A stretch of 64,000 nt of DNA from an uncultured Thermoleophilaceae bacterium (GTDB lineage Bacteria; Actinomycetota; Thermoleophilia; Solirubrobacterales; Thermoleophilaceae): positions 53 through 64,052 of the forward strand of contig CAVXAD010000003.1 in the NCBI GenBank assembly GCA_963759625.1, in the 5' to 3' direction. Under the pieces are notes generated by a model. The model was not told where the DNA came from. It saw only the letters and a program-made list of their open reading frames with translations, and did no database searches. Both the position numbers and the translations under genes were made by a program. Numbering within the stretch: the stretch's first letter is position 1; each line of letters starts with the position of its first letter. Shown here in pieces: positions 1-10,942 of this stretch.

Positions 1-414
1 ACGGGCGCGGAAGGCCAGCTGCTGCGGGGTGGCGGGGTGCTTGACGACGAGCCTCAGCGTGCCCCCGCTGCCTACCTGGAAGCGGAACGTGAAGCGGCCG
101 CCGGCTCGGACGGCGCGGCGGATCCGCTTGCTCTGCTTGCCATTGCGCACGACCCGGAGCGTGAGCGCCTGGCCGGCCACGAAGGGCCGCACGCGACCGC
201 GCAGCACCACGGTCTGGCCCGGGGCGAAGTAGCGCGCCTTCTTGGTCGCCAGCCCCCCGGAGATCCGGAACGAGGCGGATCCCGCCGCCGGAGCAGGCGC
301 CGGGACCGGCACCACGGGGGCGGGCGGCGGCGGCACGGCCGGCGCCTGCGCCGCGGCCGCGGGGGCCACGGCTAGCGCCAGCAGAACGGCCGCAGGGGCC
401 AGGCGAGCGGTCAT
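1..414 (-). CDS. hypothetical secreted protein, N-terminal part (gene runs off the left edge)
   Basis: ATG at 414-412 followed by MTARLAPAAVLLALAVAPAAAAQA (signal-peptide-like), a Pro-rich linker and a beta-rich segment. Open to position 1 with strong GC3 bias. Absent from the ORF track because no stop lies in the window. Confidence 0.45.
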   Translation of the reverse strand, partial: MTARLAPAAVLLALAVAPAAAAQAPAVPPPPAPVVPVPAPAPAAGSASFRISGGLATKKARYFAPGQTVVLRGRVRPFVAGQALTLRVVRNGKQSKRIRRAVRAGGRFTFRFQVGSGGTLRLVVKHPATPQQLAFRAR

Positions 415-463
415 TCTTCCCGCAACTATGGCAAATGCTCCACGCGGAGCGGCCCGGCGGCGC

Positions 464-1279
464 TCACCGGAGCGCGGGCGCGGGAGCCGATATTCGCGGC
501 ACGAGCACGCACGCCAGCAGCATCAGGGGCCCGAGCACCACGGAGACCTCCCAGCCGTCGGCCTGGGCCCCGTAGGCGATCGCGTTGTTGATGGAGTGCA
601 TTGCGATCACCGGGTAGAGCGAGCCCGTCCGCTCGTAGACGAGGCAGAAGGTGAAGCCCAGCAATGCGAGCGGCGGCAGGATCACGGCGGTGTCCCCGCC
701 GGAGAAGTGGATCGCGCCGAAGAGGAGCCCGTCGATCGCCGCCGCGCCGAGCACGGGGAAGCGGGAGCGCAGAGCGCGATAGAAGAAGCCGCGGAAGAAG
801 AACTCCTCGGCTGCCGGCGCGACGCACACGATCATGAAGCCGGCCACGATCAGGCCGAGGGTGCCCTGATCGCTGCCGAGGTCCTCCGCCACCGACTGCT
901 CGGCGTCGGGCTGGACGATCACGGAGTAGACGGCGGCCAGGACGTAGAAGCAGACGAGGCCCAGCGCGGCCCATCCCACGGCCTGCCAGAACCTGGTCCG
1001 GCGCAGACCGAAATGCCAGGGCCGGGGCCTGCGCGTGAACGACGCGAAGAGCACGGCGGTGCCGACGAAGATCGCGCTCTGGATGAAGGTGGCGATGATC
1101 GTGAAGGTGGCGTCGTCCTCACCGGTGCCGGCGATCGCGAACACGATCCCAACGACCACCAGCGTGCCGGTGATCGCCACGAGGAAGGCCACCGCGGCGT
1201 ACCACGCGGGCCAAATCGGAGCGGCGCCATCAGGGACCTCCGGTGGGTCGGGCGGGATCTGCCTTGTGGCCACGTCCAT
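464..1279 (-). CDS. CPBP family intramembrane metalloprotease (CAAX protease-like)
   Basis: EEFFFRGFFY (EExxxR), FGAIHF (FxxxH) and MHSINN motifs; several TM segments; 271-aa ORF. Confidence 0.85.
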   Translation of the reverse strand: MDVATRQIPPDPPEVPDGAAPIWPAWYAAVAFLVAITGTLVVVGIVFAIAGTGEDDATFTIIATFIQSAIFVGTAVLFASFTRRPRPWHFGLRRTRFWQAVGWAALGLVCFYVLAAVYSVIVQPDAEQSVAEDLGSDQGTLGLIVAGFMIVCVAPAAEEFFFRGFFYRALRSRFPVLGAAAIDGLLFGAIHFSGGDTAVILPPLALLGFTFCLVYERTGSLYPVIAMHSINNAIAYGAQADGWEVSVVLGPLMLLACVLVPRISAPAPALR

Positions 1280-1285
1280 CGGCCC

Positions 1286-1955
1286 TCAGACTAGGGAGGG
1301 GACCTGCGTCAAGGAACGAACGGACTCGACGCCGGGCGGCGCGGTCCCGTGCCTGACCACGAGCACGGCGCGCACCCCGGCGGCGCGCGCGCCCTCCACG
1401 TCGTTCTCCGGAGAGTCGCCCACGTGGACGCGCATCAGCGGGCTCGGCGCCGGCAAGCTCGAGAGCGCGGCGGAAGGGCGCGGGATCGGGCTTGGCCGCG
1501 CCCACGACCGCCGACGAGACCACCTCGTCCACCAGCTCGAGCAATCCGGGCGGGCGCAGCCAATCCGGCAGCGAGCAGTCCCAGTTGCTCACCACCACGA
1601 GGGTGTGGCCGGCGGCCCGCAGCTCGCGCAAGGCGGGCGCCGCGTCCGGGAAGGCGGCGAACTCGAGTGCGTCCAGCATCACGCGACGGGCGGTGGCGTG
1701 GTCCAGGCCCGGGAGGGCGAGCGCCTCTCGCATGGCCTCCGCGCAGCGGTCGCGCAGGTGGCCGAGCGAGCCGGCGTCGGCACCCTCGAGGTGGTGGGCG
1801 AGGTAGTAGGCGATCTCGGCGCGGAACCCGGCCGCGGCGCGCTCCTCGTCCACGTCGAAGCCGGCCTCCACGAGCAGCCGCCGCAGGCGAGGAGCCGGCG
1901 GCTGGAGCTCGACGAGGGTGCCGAGCGCGTCGAGGAGCACCACCCGAGGGCTCAC
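1286..1955 (-). CDS. HAD-superfamily hydrolase, reading frame broken near 1430
   Basis: VLLDALGTL, VVSNWD and KPDPAPF lie in one frame; HVGDSPENDVEGARAAG lies in the next frame and ends at TGA 1286-1288. GTGA start/stop overlap with the upstream gene at 1952-1955. Length 670 nt = 3n+1. Confidence 0.7.
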
Positions 1956-3214
1956 GCGATGAAGTGCCAGCTGGCGAACTGGGCGGTGAAGAGGCCTAGT
2001 GCGATCCCCGAGAGCGCGACCGTCATGTCGGTGCTGCGGCGCTCCTCGCAGACGAGGGCGAGCCACATGAAGATCGGGAACAGCACCGCCAGGAAGCGTG
2101 GCAGCGACATGAGCGGCTGGGGCTCGACGGGGAACGAGAGCGGCAGGGCGAGCGCCGCCACGACATAGGCGGCGTACGGAAGCGGCAGCCGGCGCCACAG
2201 GCCGAATGACGCCACGGCCGCGAACACCAGGAACCCGAACAGCATGATGTTCATGGCGCCCACCCGGGACGGGTCGCCACCGGCCTGCTCGAAGTACACG
2301 TGGGCGCGCTGTCCGGACAGCAACTGGCGGGCTCCGTCCCACGCCGCCACCAGGCCGTCCCACGCCCCCACGAACGGGCCGGCGAACTCCCGCGACCAAG
2401 CATCCTGCACCTGGAGGAAGCGCAGGGCATCGCCCTCGGTGAAGCCGAGCAGGGCCGCATAGGCCGCCAGCCCGAGCGGCGCGAGCAGGAGCCAGGCGGC
2501 GTCCGCTGCACGGCGCGGGCGCGACTGCCACCAGAAGAGCGCCAGCGGGAGGAGCAGCACGAGGCCGGCGCTGCGCGTGGCCGAGCCCGCCGCGGCACAG
2601 GCGCCGGCCCAGGCCCAGTGGCCGGTGCGCGCGGCGTAGAAGGCGCCCACGGACACGAGCAGGAACAGGCTCTCCGAGTAGGGGGCGCCGAAGAAGAGCG
2701 CGCCCGGGAACACCGCGAGGAGCAGGAGCGTGGCGGGGGCGAGCCGGCGCCCGAGCTCGAGCGACGCCAGCCTGTGCAGCAGCACGAGGGCCCCGAGGAA
2801 GGCCGCGAGCGACACGAGGTACGCCGAGATCAGCAGCGCACCGTCGGAGCCGCCGGCCAGCTCTGCCACGCCCCGCGCGAGGCCCGGATAGAGCGGGAAG
2901 AACGCCGCGCGCACCTCGCTGTCGCCGTAGCCGGAGCTCGCGATGCGCAGGTACCAGACGGCGTCCCACCGGGCGAGCGGCGTGAGCAGCTCGTCGCCAA
3001 AGCCGCCCAGGGAGTGGGTCAGGCCCGGCTCGTCGAACTTCTGGGCGTTCTGTTCCGCCATACCGCCGGTTACAGGCCCGAACGAGAGCGCGGCGAATAC
3101 GGCCACGAGAAGGATCGCCACACGTGTGGCGGCGAACACGCGCCATGCCGTGCGGAGGCTCTCCGAGCCGCGCGCTGGCGGCGTCGGGGGCTGCCGCCGC
3201 GGGGGTAGCCTCAA
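1952..3214 (-). CDS. polytopic membrane glycosyltransferase, PIG-V/Mannosyl_trans2-like
   Basis: 420-aa multi-TM ORF. RWDAVWYLRIASSGYGDSEVRAAFFPLYP resembles the WD..Y..IA..GY....AFFP signature of PIG-V type mannosyltransferases. Confidence 0.6.
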   Translation of the reverse strand: MRLPPRRQPPTPPARGSESLRTAWRVFAATRVAILLVAVFAALSFGPVTGGMAEQNAQKFDEPGLTHSLGGFGDELLTPLARWDAVWYLRIASSGYGDSEVRAAFFPLYPGLARGVAELAGGSDGALLISAYLVSLAAFLGALVLLHRLASLELGRRLAPATLLLLAVFPGALFFGAPYSESLFLLVSVGAFYAARTGHWAWAGACAAAGSATRSAGLVLLLPLALFWWQSRPRRAADAAWLLLAPLGLAAYAALLGFTEGDALRFLQVQDAWSREFAGPFVGAWDGLVAAWDGARQLLSGQRAHVYFEQAGGDPSRVGAMNIMLFGFLVFAAVASFGLWRRLPLPYAAYVVAALALPLSFPVEPQPLMSLPRFLAVLFPIFMWLALVCEERRSTDMTVALSGIALGLFTAQFASWHFIA

Positions 3215-3219
3215 CCGTC

Positions 3220-4014
3220 ATGCCCGGCATCGATTTGTACACGGCCTCATTCGCAGACGACCACCGCGAGGAGATCTACGCGGTGGTCACCGTCGTGCTC
3301 GCCTTCGCCGGCGCGAAGCTCGTGGACCGCGCGCTGTCGCGGCGGGGCGAGCGCATCAGCGCGGCCGTGGCGGGCGGTGAGCTCTCACCCGTGGCCACCA
3401 CGCGGCTGCGGCTGGTACGCCGGCTCATCTTCGCCGGGATCATCGTCATCGGGATCGCCCTCGCCCTCGCCCAGTTCGAGGCGGCAAGGCGGCTGGCCAC
3501 CGGAATCCTCGCCTCGACGGCCGTCGTCGGCCTCGTGGTGGGCTTCGCCGCCAGGGCCACTCTCGCCAACGCGATCGCCGGGATCACGCTCGCGATCACC
3601 CAGCCGATCCGCATCGGCGACCTCGTGACCTTCGATGGCGAGACCGGCGAGGTCGAGGACGTGAAGCTCACCTACACCTACCTGCGCCTCGACGACGGCA
3701 GCCGGCTCGTGGTGCCGAACGAGCGGCTCGCCCAGGGGTCCGTGGAGAACCACACGGTGGTGGACCCGCGGATCCAGGTCGAGGTGTCCGTGTGGATTCC
3801 CCCGGGCGCGGATGCCGACAGCGCGATCGAGCTGATCTCATCGGACGAGGGCGTGGAGGCGACCGTGGCGGAGGTGGAGCGGGACGGCGTCAGGCTCAGC
3901 GCCACGACCTGGGCCGGGGGACCGCGCGAGCGCGGACGTGTGGCGGCGGAGCTGCGCGTGCGCTGGCTCCGCCGGCTCCGTGAGCACGGTCTATCCTCAG
4001 CCGGAGCCTCCTGA
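3220..4014 (+). CDS. mechanosensitive ion channel, MscS family
   Basis: TM helices followed by ITQPIRIGDLVTFDGETGEVEDVKLTYTYLRLDDGSRLVVPNERL (MscS beta-domain signature). In-frame ATG at 3220 inside track ORF 3124..4014. Confidence 0.8.
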   Translation: MPGIDLYTASFADDHREEIYAVVTVVLAFAGAKLVDRALSRRGERISAAVAGGELSPVATTRLRLVRRLIFAGIIVIGIALALAQFEAARRLATGILASTAVVGLVVGFAARATLANAIAGITLAITQPIRIGDLVTFDGETGEVEDVKLTYTYLRLDDGSRLVVPNERLAQGSVENHTVVDPRIQVEVSVWIPPGADADSAIELISSDEGVEATVAEVERDGVRLSATTWAGGPRERGRVAAELRVRWLRRLREHGLSSAGAS

Positions 4015-4040
4015 GGCGCTTCCAGGCGCCCCACCACCCG

Positions 4041-6216
4041 ATGAGCCATCGTCAGCGACAGTCCAGGAGGCGTCGGCGCGGCGGCAAGCGCAACAAGGTC
4101 CTGCTCGCGCTGGGCGTCCTCGCCATCACCTTCGCCATCGCGGTGATGGCGGTCGCCGGCTACGTGCTGGCGATCGCAGCCACTGCGCCCGACCTGAATC
4201 AGCTCAAGCCCAGCGACAAGGGACAGAGCTCGGCCATCTTCGCCGCGGACGGCTCGCGCCTCGGCTACGTCCAGGCGGACGTGGTGCGCACGGTGGTCCC
4301 GTGGGCCGACATCCCGGTGGTGCTGCGCCGGGCCACGGTTGCGATCGAGGACGAGCGCTTCTACCAGCACAAGGGGGTGGACTACAACGCGATCGTGCGC
4401 GCCGGAGTGCGCAACCTGGAGTCCGGCGAGAACCTGCAGGGCGGCTCCACCATCACGCAGCAGCTCGTGCGCGCCCTCTACATCAAGGACCCGAAGCGCA
4501 ACTTCCCGCGCAAGATCCGCGAGGCCAAGCTCGCATCGGAGCTGGAGAACGAGCACTCCAAGACCTGGATCCTCCACAACTACCTGAACGACATTCCCTA
4601 CGGAACCGTGGGCGGGCGCACCGCGATCGGCGTCGAGGCGGCGGCGGTGACCTTCTTCTCGAAGCACGCACGCGACCTCGACCTGGCCGAGTCCGCCACG
4701 CTCGCCGGCCTCCCCCAGGCGCCGTCGCAGTACAACCCGTTCCGCAATCCTGCCGCGGCGCTGGAGCGGCGCAACGAGGTGCTCGACCGGATGGCGAAGA
4801 ACGGGTTCATCACACGCGGCGAGGCCGATGCCGCCGCCCAGAGCCCGCTCGCGGTGAAGCACGGCACCCGCTACAGCACCCGCCGCGAGCCGTACTTCTT
4901 CGACTTCGTCCAGGAGCAGCTGATCGAGAAGTACGGCGTCGGCGTGTTCCGGCGCGGCGGGCTGAAGGTGCACACGACGATCAATCCGGCGCTCCAGGAC
5001 GCGGCCCGGAAGGCGATCGCCGGCCAGCTCCCGTACACAACGGACCCGTCGTCCGCGATCGTGTCCATCGATCCCTCGAACGGCTACATCCGCGCGATGG
5101 CATCCAGCGGCACCTACAAGGACCGGACGTTCAACCTGGCCGCCCAGGGCCATCGCCAGCCGGGCTCGGCGTTCAAGACCATGGTCCTCACCACGGCCAT
5201 CCGCAAGGGCGTGGACCCCAACCGGACGACCTACGTCTCCAAGCCGCTGCAACTGGACGTGGGCGACGGGTCGCCGCCATGGGACGTGAAGACCTACGAC
5301 GGCAGCTATCGCGGCACGATGACCCTCACCAGGGCCACCCTGGCCTCGGACAACACCGTCTATGCCCAGCTCATACTCGACCTGGGCCCGAAGGCGGTGC
5401 GCGAGACCGCGAAGCTGATGGGCATCACCACGAAGCTCGACGCCTACCCGGCGGAGGGCCTGGGCGGCCTGCGCCGAGGCGTCTCGCCGCTCGAGATGGC
5501 CAACGCATACGCGACGCTCGCGTCAGGCGGGATGCGCAACAAGCCGAAGGCGATAACGCGCGTCGTGTTCCCGGACGGGAAGACCGACGACCTGGGCGAG
5601 CCCGAGCGCGAGCGCGCGTTCTCCGACGGCGTCGCGTACGAGGTGACCAAGATCCTTCAGCAGAACGTGCTGGCGGGCACCGGCACGGCGGCGGGATTCG
5701 GCTGCCCGGCCGCCGGCAAGACCGGGACCACCGACAACTTCAACGACGCCTGGTTCGTCGGCTACACGCCCAAGCTCGCCTCCTCGGTCTGGGTCGGCTA
5801 TCCCAACGCCCTCGTGGAGATGCGCAGCGTGCACGGGATCAGCGTGGCCGGAGGCACCTTCCCCGCTGCCATCTGGCACGACTACATGATGGTCGCGCAC
5901 GGCGACGACTGCGAGTCCTTCCCGCCTCCCACCGAGCCCGCGAACGTTCTCGCCCTTCTTCGGCAAGTACGCCACCACCGGCAACAGCGGCTCGGGCACC
6001 TACTACGACGGCGGCTCCTCGGACGACCAGACCGGCGACAACTCCGCCGGCGGCGAGGACTACAAGGGCTACGACCCGCGCCTCTACGACTCGCCCCCGC
6101 AGGGCGCGCCCGACACGAGCCCGGGGCAGGATCAGGGTCCGGGCCAGGGCGGGCCGACGCCCGGAGAGGGCGGCGGCGCCAACCCGCAGGACGAGCAACT
6201 CGGCGGTCCCGGCTGA
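4041..6216 (+). CDS. class A penicillin-binding protein (transglycosylase/transpeptidase), frame broken near 5945
   Basis: N-terminal TM anchor. Glycosyltransferase motifs AIEDERFYQHKGVD and GGSTITQQL. Transpeptidase motifs SAFK, SDN and KTGTT. The tail FSPFFGKYATTGNSGSG...LGGPG continues in another frame from 5947 with uniformly GC3 codons, stop 6214-6216. 2176 nt = 3n+1. Confidence 0.9.
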
Positions 6217-6234
6217 GCCGGGGCCGCGACTAGC

Positions 6235-7237
6235 TCAGCGCTCTCGGTCCATGGCCACGACGATGGCCACGTAGGTCAGCTCGATCGCGGTCTGGAAGAT
6301 GCGGAAGCCCACGGCGATCGCCGTGGCCACCGTGTCGTCGAGCACCGCGGACAGCGCCACGGCCAGCGCCACGTCGCGGGTGCCGAGCCCGCTCGGCACG
6401 ATGAACGTGAGCACCGCCACGCAGAACGCGACCGGATAGGCGGCGGCGACGTAGGGGAAGTCCGAGGCCGGCAGCGGCACGAGCGCCTTGGCGAATGCGT
6501 ACACGCCCACGCCGATCACGGCCCAGCAGCCGATGTACAGCAGCGAGAAGCGAAGGACCTGCGCGGAACGAGAGCACCTGCGGCAGCGGCGGGCGGCCGA
6601 GCTTGCGGAGCCCGAAGTTCGCGAGCGGGGCAAACACGCGGGGATGGAGGAAGGTCAGGACGATCGGGATCAGGAGCAGCACGGCGTAGCGCGCCGGCCG
6701 CCCCTCGAGGTCGGGGAGCTGGATCACGAAGTAGGCGCCGACCATCACCGCGGTGCCGAACCCGAGCACCAGCTCGTAGGCGATGCTCGCCAGGGTGACC
6801 CGCTTCGGCACGCCCTGCTTCTCCGCCAGGACCATGCGACCCACCACCATCAGCGCGTTGGTGGGCACGTAGCGCGCCAGGAGCGACTTGCCCCAGAGTG
6901 AGCGTGCCGGGCGCGCGCGCAGGTGTCCCTCGCCAAGGGCATGCACGATCAGGCGCCAGAGCTCGCCCTGGAAGAAGTAGAGGCCGAACACCCCCAGGAA
7001 CGAGAGCGCCAGCCAGCCGGGCTGGAAGTGCCACTCGAAGTCCTCCGGAATCGAGTTCCACTGGCGGATGACGAAGAAGACGAGGAAGGCGAAGATGAGT
7101 CCGGCGAGGCCCCACTGGAGCGCGAGCCGGGCGCGGGGGCTGCTGGGGCCGACCTGGCCGATGCCGGCAGCGGCCGTGCCGGCACGCTCCAGCAATGTGG
7201 TTGGCTTACCCCCGACGTCGTCCCCCGTGACCATCAA
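6235..7237 (-). CDS. polytopic membrane protein, flippase-like / lysyl-PG synthase TM-region-like (UPF0104-like), frame broken near 6560
   Basis: N-terminal ~220 aa lie in ORF 6230..7237. The hydrophobic C-terminus [17 protein letters not shown]...[14 protein letters not shown]...MDRER lies in ORF 6235..6633. 1003 nt = 3n+1. Confidence 0.5.
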
Positions 7238-7305
7238 CTCACTGTAACCCTGGTTTAGCGATCCTGGTTGAGCGATTTCTGATCCAGGCCATCGAGGCGG
7301 CGCTC

Positions 7306-8205
7306 GTGGACCGCAGCGGGCGGATCGTGCGGTGGACGGGTGACGACGCCGCCGTGGTGCGAGCCCGGCCGCTGGCGGTCACGTCGATCGACAGCGTCGC
7401 CGAGGGGGTCCACTTCGAGCTGGGGACCCACACGGCCGCCGACGTGGGCTGGAAGGCGCTGGCCACGGCGCTGTCCGACCTTGCGGCAATGGGCGCCGAG
7501 GCAGGCGAGGCGTACGTGGCGCTCGCCCTTCCGCGCGGCTTCGAGGGCGCGCTCGAGCTCGTGGCGGGGATGGAGGAGCTGGCCGGGCGCTGCGGCGCCA
7601 CGATCGCCGGCGGCGACGTGATCCGCGCGCCGGCGCTCGTCGTGACCGTGGCGGTGACGGGCTGGGCCGAGCGCGAGGAGGATCTCGTGGCGCGCGACGG
7701 CGCGCGCCCCGGCGACCTCGTGGGCGTGACCGGAGCGCTCGGGGGATCCGAGGCCGGCCGCCTGCTCCTGGCCCGGCGGGAGGCCGAGCCCGCCGCCCTG
7801 ATCCGCCGCCACCTGCGTCCCGAGCCCCGGCTCGCCGCCGGGCGGGCGCTCGCGGCGGCCGGCGCCAGCGCGATGATCGACCTGAGCGACGGCCTGGTCA
7901 CCGACGCCGCGCACGTGGCCGCCCGGAGCGGCACGCGGCTGTGCTTGCGGCTCGCCGACCTGCCGGTTGCCGAGGGCGTGGAGCGCGTGAGCTCCGAGCC
8001 GCGCACTCTGGCCGCCACGGGCGGAGACGACTACGAGCTGCTCGTGACGGTCCCGCCGGAGCGGTCCGAGGCAGCCGTGGACGCGGTGGCCAAGGAGGGC
8101 ACGACGCTGACGTGGCTAGGCCACGTGGCGAGCGGCACCGGGATCGTCGTTCTCGACGAGCACGGCGATGAGCTCTCCGGTCTCGAGGGCTACGAACACG
8201 CCTGA
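7306..8205 (+). CDS. thiL: thiamine-monophosphate kinase
   Basis: [28 protein letters not shown] and [10 protein letters not shown] motifs. The true start is probably upstream: [12 protein letters not shown] precedes the GTG in frame back to ~7264 without a canonical start codon. Confidence 0.85.
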   Translation: MDRSGRIVRWTGDDAAVVRARPLAVTSIDSVAEGVHFELGTHTAADVGWKALATALSDLAAMGAEAGEAYVALALPRGFEGALELVAGMEELAGRCGATIAGGDVIRAPALVVTVAVTGWAEREEDLVARDGARPGDLVGVTGALGGSEAGRLLLARREAEPAALIRRHLRPEPRLAAGRALAAAGASAMIDLSDGLVTDAAHVAARSGTRLCLRLADLPVAEGVERVSSEPRTLAATGGDDYELLVTVPPERSEAAVDAVAKEGTTLTWLGHVASGTGIVVLDEHGDELSGLEGYEHA

Positions 8206-8301
8206 GGCCAACATCGCCTCGGCCACGGCCCGCTCGTCGACGGCGTATTCCCCCCGCTCCAGCCGCCGGAGCAGAGCGCGGACGATTCTCGTGCGGGTCA
8301 T
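8116..8301 (-). CDS. small ORF with FlgM-like C-terminal motif (hypothetical)
   Basis: ATG 8301 is preceded by AGGAG at 7-nt spacing. [31 protein letters not shown] resembles the ..I..G.Y.VD...VA..ML end of anti-sigma-28 FlgM proteins. The last 30 codons overlap the thiL 3' end and may not be real. Confidence 0.25.
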   Translation of the reverse strand: MTRTRIVRALLRRLERGEYAVDERAVAEAMLASGVFVALETGELIAVLVENDDPGAARHVA

Positions 8302-8421
8302 GCGACTTCTCCTCTCGAGCGCCGCTCGCCCGCGTGGGCCAGGAGCGTCTCCTTCCTGCCTTCCCTATCGGCAGGGGCGGGTCGGGTGTGGCAATCGGGA
8401 AGCCGGCGCGTGGACGACTGT

Positions 8422-10200
8422 TCAGCGGCGGAGCGCCGACTCCGTGCCCCCCAGCGACCCCGGACCCGCATAGCTGCCGGGGCCGTACAAGCGCGGCCCC
8501 GTGGGCGTGTCGGCCTCGGTGCGCTCGCGCGGCGTCCGGTACGTGAGCTCCACCACGGCGCCGAGCAGGGCCAGCCAGATGCAGCCGATCAGCGTGGTGG
8601 GGAAGCCGATCGAGTGGCCCGTCACGAGGAGCAGGAGGTACCAGACGCTCTCCAGGGGATCGATCGACAGCGCGACCAGGTAGTAGACCCAGGCGAGCAG
8701 CGCCGGGAGCGCGCCGAGCGCCACCAGCAGCGCGCGCGCTCGGCGGGGCGGCAACGGGCGCGTGAGCGCGGTAAGCGTCCACAGGTGCACGGCCGGCGCC
8801 GCCAGCAGGGCCGTGTAGGGGTTCAAGAACCAGAGCAGCACTCCCCCGCCCACGAGCGCAAGCGCGAGCGCCACCGCCGCACCGGGATCAGTGGGGTCGC
8901 GGAGTGCCGGCTCGGGCCGAACCGCCAGGCGGCGGGCGAGCGCCCAGCCGGCCAGGGCGGCGGCCGCCACGCCCGCGAGCACGGCCAGGGCGGCCCCGTC
9001 GAACGGGATGTCCGCCGGCGGCAACGGGGCGGGCGGCGGGGTGGGCGTGGCTCCGAACAGCGCCAGCAGCTCCGCCATCACGACCCCGCAGAGGAACGCC
9101 GCAGCCCAGGCACCGAGCCAGCGCGCCCACGGGAGCACGGCCACCCGCCGGCGGCGCGCGCGGGCGAAGGCATCGACGCTCACGGCGAGCGGCGGCAGCA
9201 GCAGCGTTCCGGAGAGCAGCGCCAGCGCCCAGCCCGGCACGACCTGGCTCACGGCCAGCAGGTAGGTCTCCGGGCCACGCTCCAGCCGGGCGTGCTGGTC
9301 GACGGCCGTGACCGTACGCAACGTCGCCCGTCCCAGCGTGCCGATCCGGTCCTCGTCGACGGCGTCCAGTGGTCCGTTGCCCTTCGGCGGCAGCTCGCCG
9401 CTCCCGGAGACCCGGACCGCATCGAAGCCGTGCTCGAGGAGCGGACCCTGCGCCCCCACGCCCACGGGAAATGCCAGCCGCGCGAGCTGGCCGAGGGCGC
9501 CGTTCGAATCCGCGCCGCGGTTCAGCTCCTGGCGGATGGAGTCCTCCACGGTCCGTTGGAGCGCGATACCGGCGCGCCGGGAGTCGTTCGACCAGCCCTG
9601 CACGTAGGGCCCGCGGCGCGTGGGCGAGGCAAGATCGGACACGACGATGACGGCGTCCACCTGCGACGGATCTCCGAGCGCCTCCGCGAGGCGGGTCGCG
9701 CCCACCTCTCCGAGGGTCGAGCCGTCGATCGAGGCGAGCACGAGCGTCTTGCGCGTGGCCCGGCCTTCGAACACCCGCGCCAGCTCGAGCAGCGCCGCCG
9801 TGTCCGCGGCGCTCCCGGTCGCATCCGGCGTCACCTCGGCGTCGCGCTCCGACACCACGACGATCTGCCGCCGCGTACGGCCGGCGCGGCGGCCGATGAC
9901 GTTCACGAGCTGCCGCCCCGCGTGCGAGAAGGCGTCCCGCTCCACCCGAAACCCGCGGTCTGCGAGGCCGCTTGCCACGAGGGCGCCCGTAGCGCGGTCG
10001 CCACGGCTGCCGGCGGTCCGCGTGGGGTTCTCCGTCGCGATCGCGTCGGCACGTGCAGTCGCCAGCCGGCCGTCGAACAGGACGTCGGCGGCCAGTCCCT
10101 GGGGGAGCGGCCGCGGGCGGTCCTGAAGGGAGAACATCACGAACACGGCCGCCAGGAGCGCCGGGACGAACGCGACCCGGTACACGCTGAACTCGATCAC
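8422..10200 (-). CDS. membrane protein with degenerate M28-peptidase-like extracytoplasmic domain
   Basis: GTG 10200, N-terminal TM, then VNVIGRRAG...IVVVSERDA...[18 protein letters not shown]...LVLASIDGS (M28 fold pattern, but the usual H/D metal ligands are not evident), then ~8 C-terminal TM helices. The upstream 173 codons of track ORF 8422..10719 are antisense to the response regulator. Confidence 0.5.
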   Translation of the reverse strand: MIEFSVYRVAFVPALLAAVFVMFSLQDRPRPLPQGLAADVLFDGRLATARADAIATENPTRTAGSRGDRATGALVASGLADRGFRVERDAFSHAGRQLVNVIGRRAGRTRRQIVVVSERDAEVTPDATGSAADTAALLELARVFEGRATRKTLVLASIDGSTLGEVGATRLAEALGDPSQVDAVIVVSDLASPTRRGPYVQGWSNDSRRAGIALQRTVEDSIRQELNRGADSNGALGQLARLAFPVGVGAQGPLLEHGFDAVRVSGSGELPPKGNGPLDAVDEDRIGTLGRATLRTVTAVDQHARLERGPETYLLAVSQVVPGWALALLSGTLLLPPLAVSVDAFARARRRRVAVLPWARWLGAWAAAFLCGVVMAELLALFGATPTPPPAPLPPADIPFDGAALAVLAGVAAAALAGWALARRLAVRPEPALRDPTDPGAAVALALALVGGGVLLWFLNPYTALLAAPAVHLWTLTALTRPLPPRRARALLVALGALPALLAWVYYLVALSIDPLESVWYLLLLVTGHSIGFPTTLIGCIWLALLGAVVELTYRTPRERTEADTPTGPRLYGPGSYAGPGSLGGTESALRR

Positions 10201-10239
10201 GGCGCCGGACCCACCACGCCGCAACCTACAATCTCGAAG

Positions 10240-10942
10240 GTGACGGCCACGGCACCACGCATTCTGCTCGTGGACGACGAGCAGGCCGTGCAGACGCTGC
10301 TCGCCTACCCGCTGCGGAAAGAGGGCTACCAGGTGGTGCCGGCGCTGGACGGAATGGAGGCGCTGGACCGGCTGCGGCAGGGGAGCTTCGACCTCGTGGT
10401 GCTGGACGTGATGCTGCCCCTCCTCGACGGCTTCGACGTCTGCAGGCAGATCCGCGCGCGCAGTGCCGTGCCGATCATCATGCTCACCGCCAAGACCGAG
10501 GAGATCGACAAGGTGCTCGGCCTCGAGCTCGGCGCGGACGACTACATCACCAAGCCCTTCTCCGTGCGCGAGTTCCGCAGCCGCGTGAAGGCCGTGCTCC
10601 GGCGGGCGGCCCTGGCCGCTCCCGAGGAGCCGTTCGAGGCGCCCATCGAGGCGAGCGGCGTCGAGGTCGACTTCGAGCGCCGGCGGGTGACGGTACGCGG
10701 CGAAGACGTCGCAGCTCACCTATGTGGAGTTCGAGATCCTCGCCGCGCTGGCGCATTCCCCGGGACGCGTGCTCGGCCGTACGACCCTCCTCGAGCATGT
10801 GTGGGGGGACGCGGCCTACCGCGATCCGCGCACGATCGACGTGCACATTCGCCACCTACGGGAGAAGCTCGAGCTCGACTCGGCCGACCCCGAGCTGATC
10901 CTGACCGTACGCGGAGTGGGGTACCGATTCCGCGATCGCTGA
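10240..10942 (+). CDS. OmpR/PhoB-family response regulator, frame broken near 10712
   Basis: Receiver motifs (ILLVDDE, DLVVLDVMLP, ITKPF) lie in the frame of ORF 8386..12384. The winged-helix part (LTYVEFEILAAL, RTIDVHIRHLREKLE, VRGVGYRF) lies in ORF 10724..10942. 703 nt = 3n+1. Confidence 0.85.

Noticed and set aside
6541-6580. Apparent duplication QVLSFR / QVLRFS at the frame break of the flippase-like gene
   Set aside because: At nucleotide level the two 19-mers differ at many positions, so this is probably a coincidence of a repetitive hydrophobic sequence rather than a duplication causing the shift.
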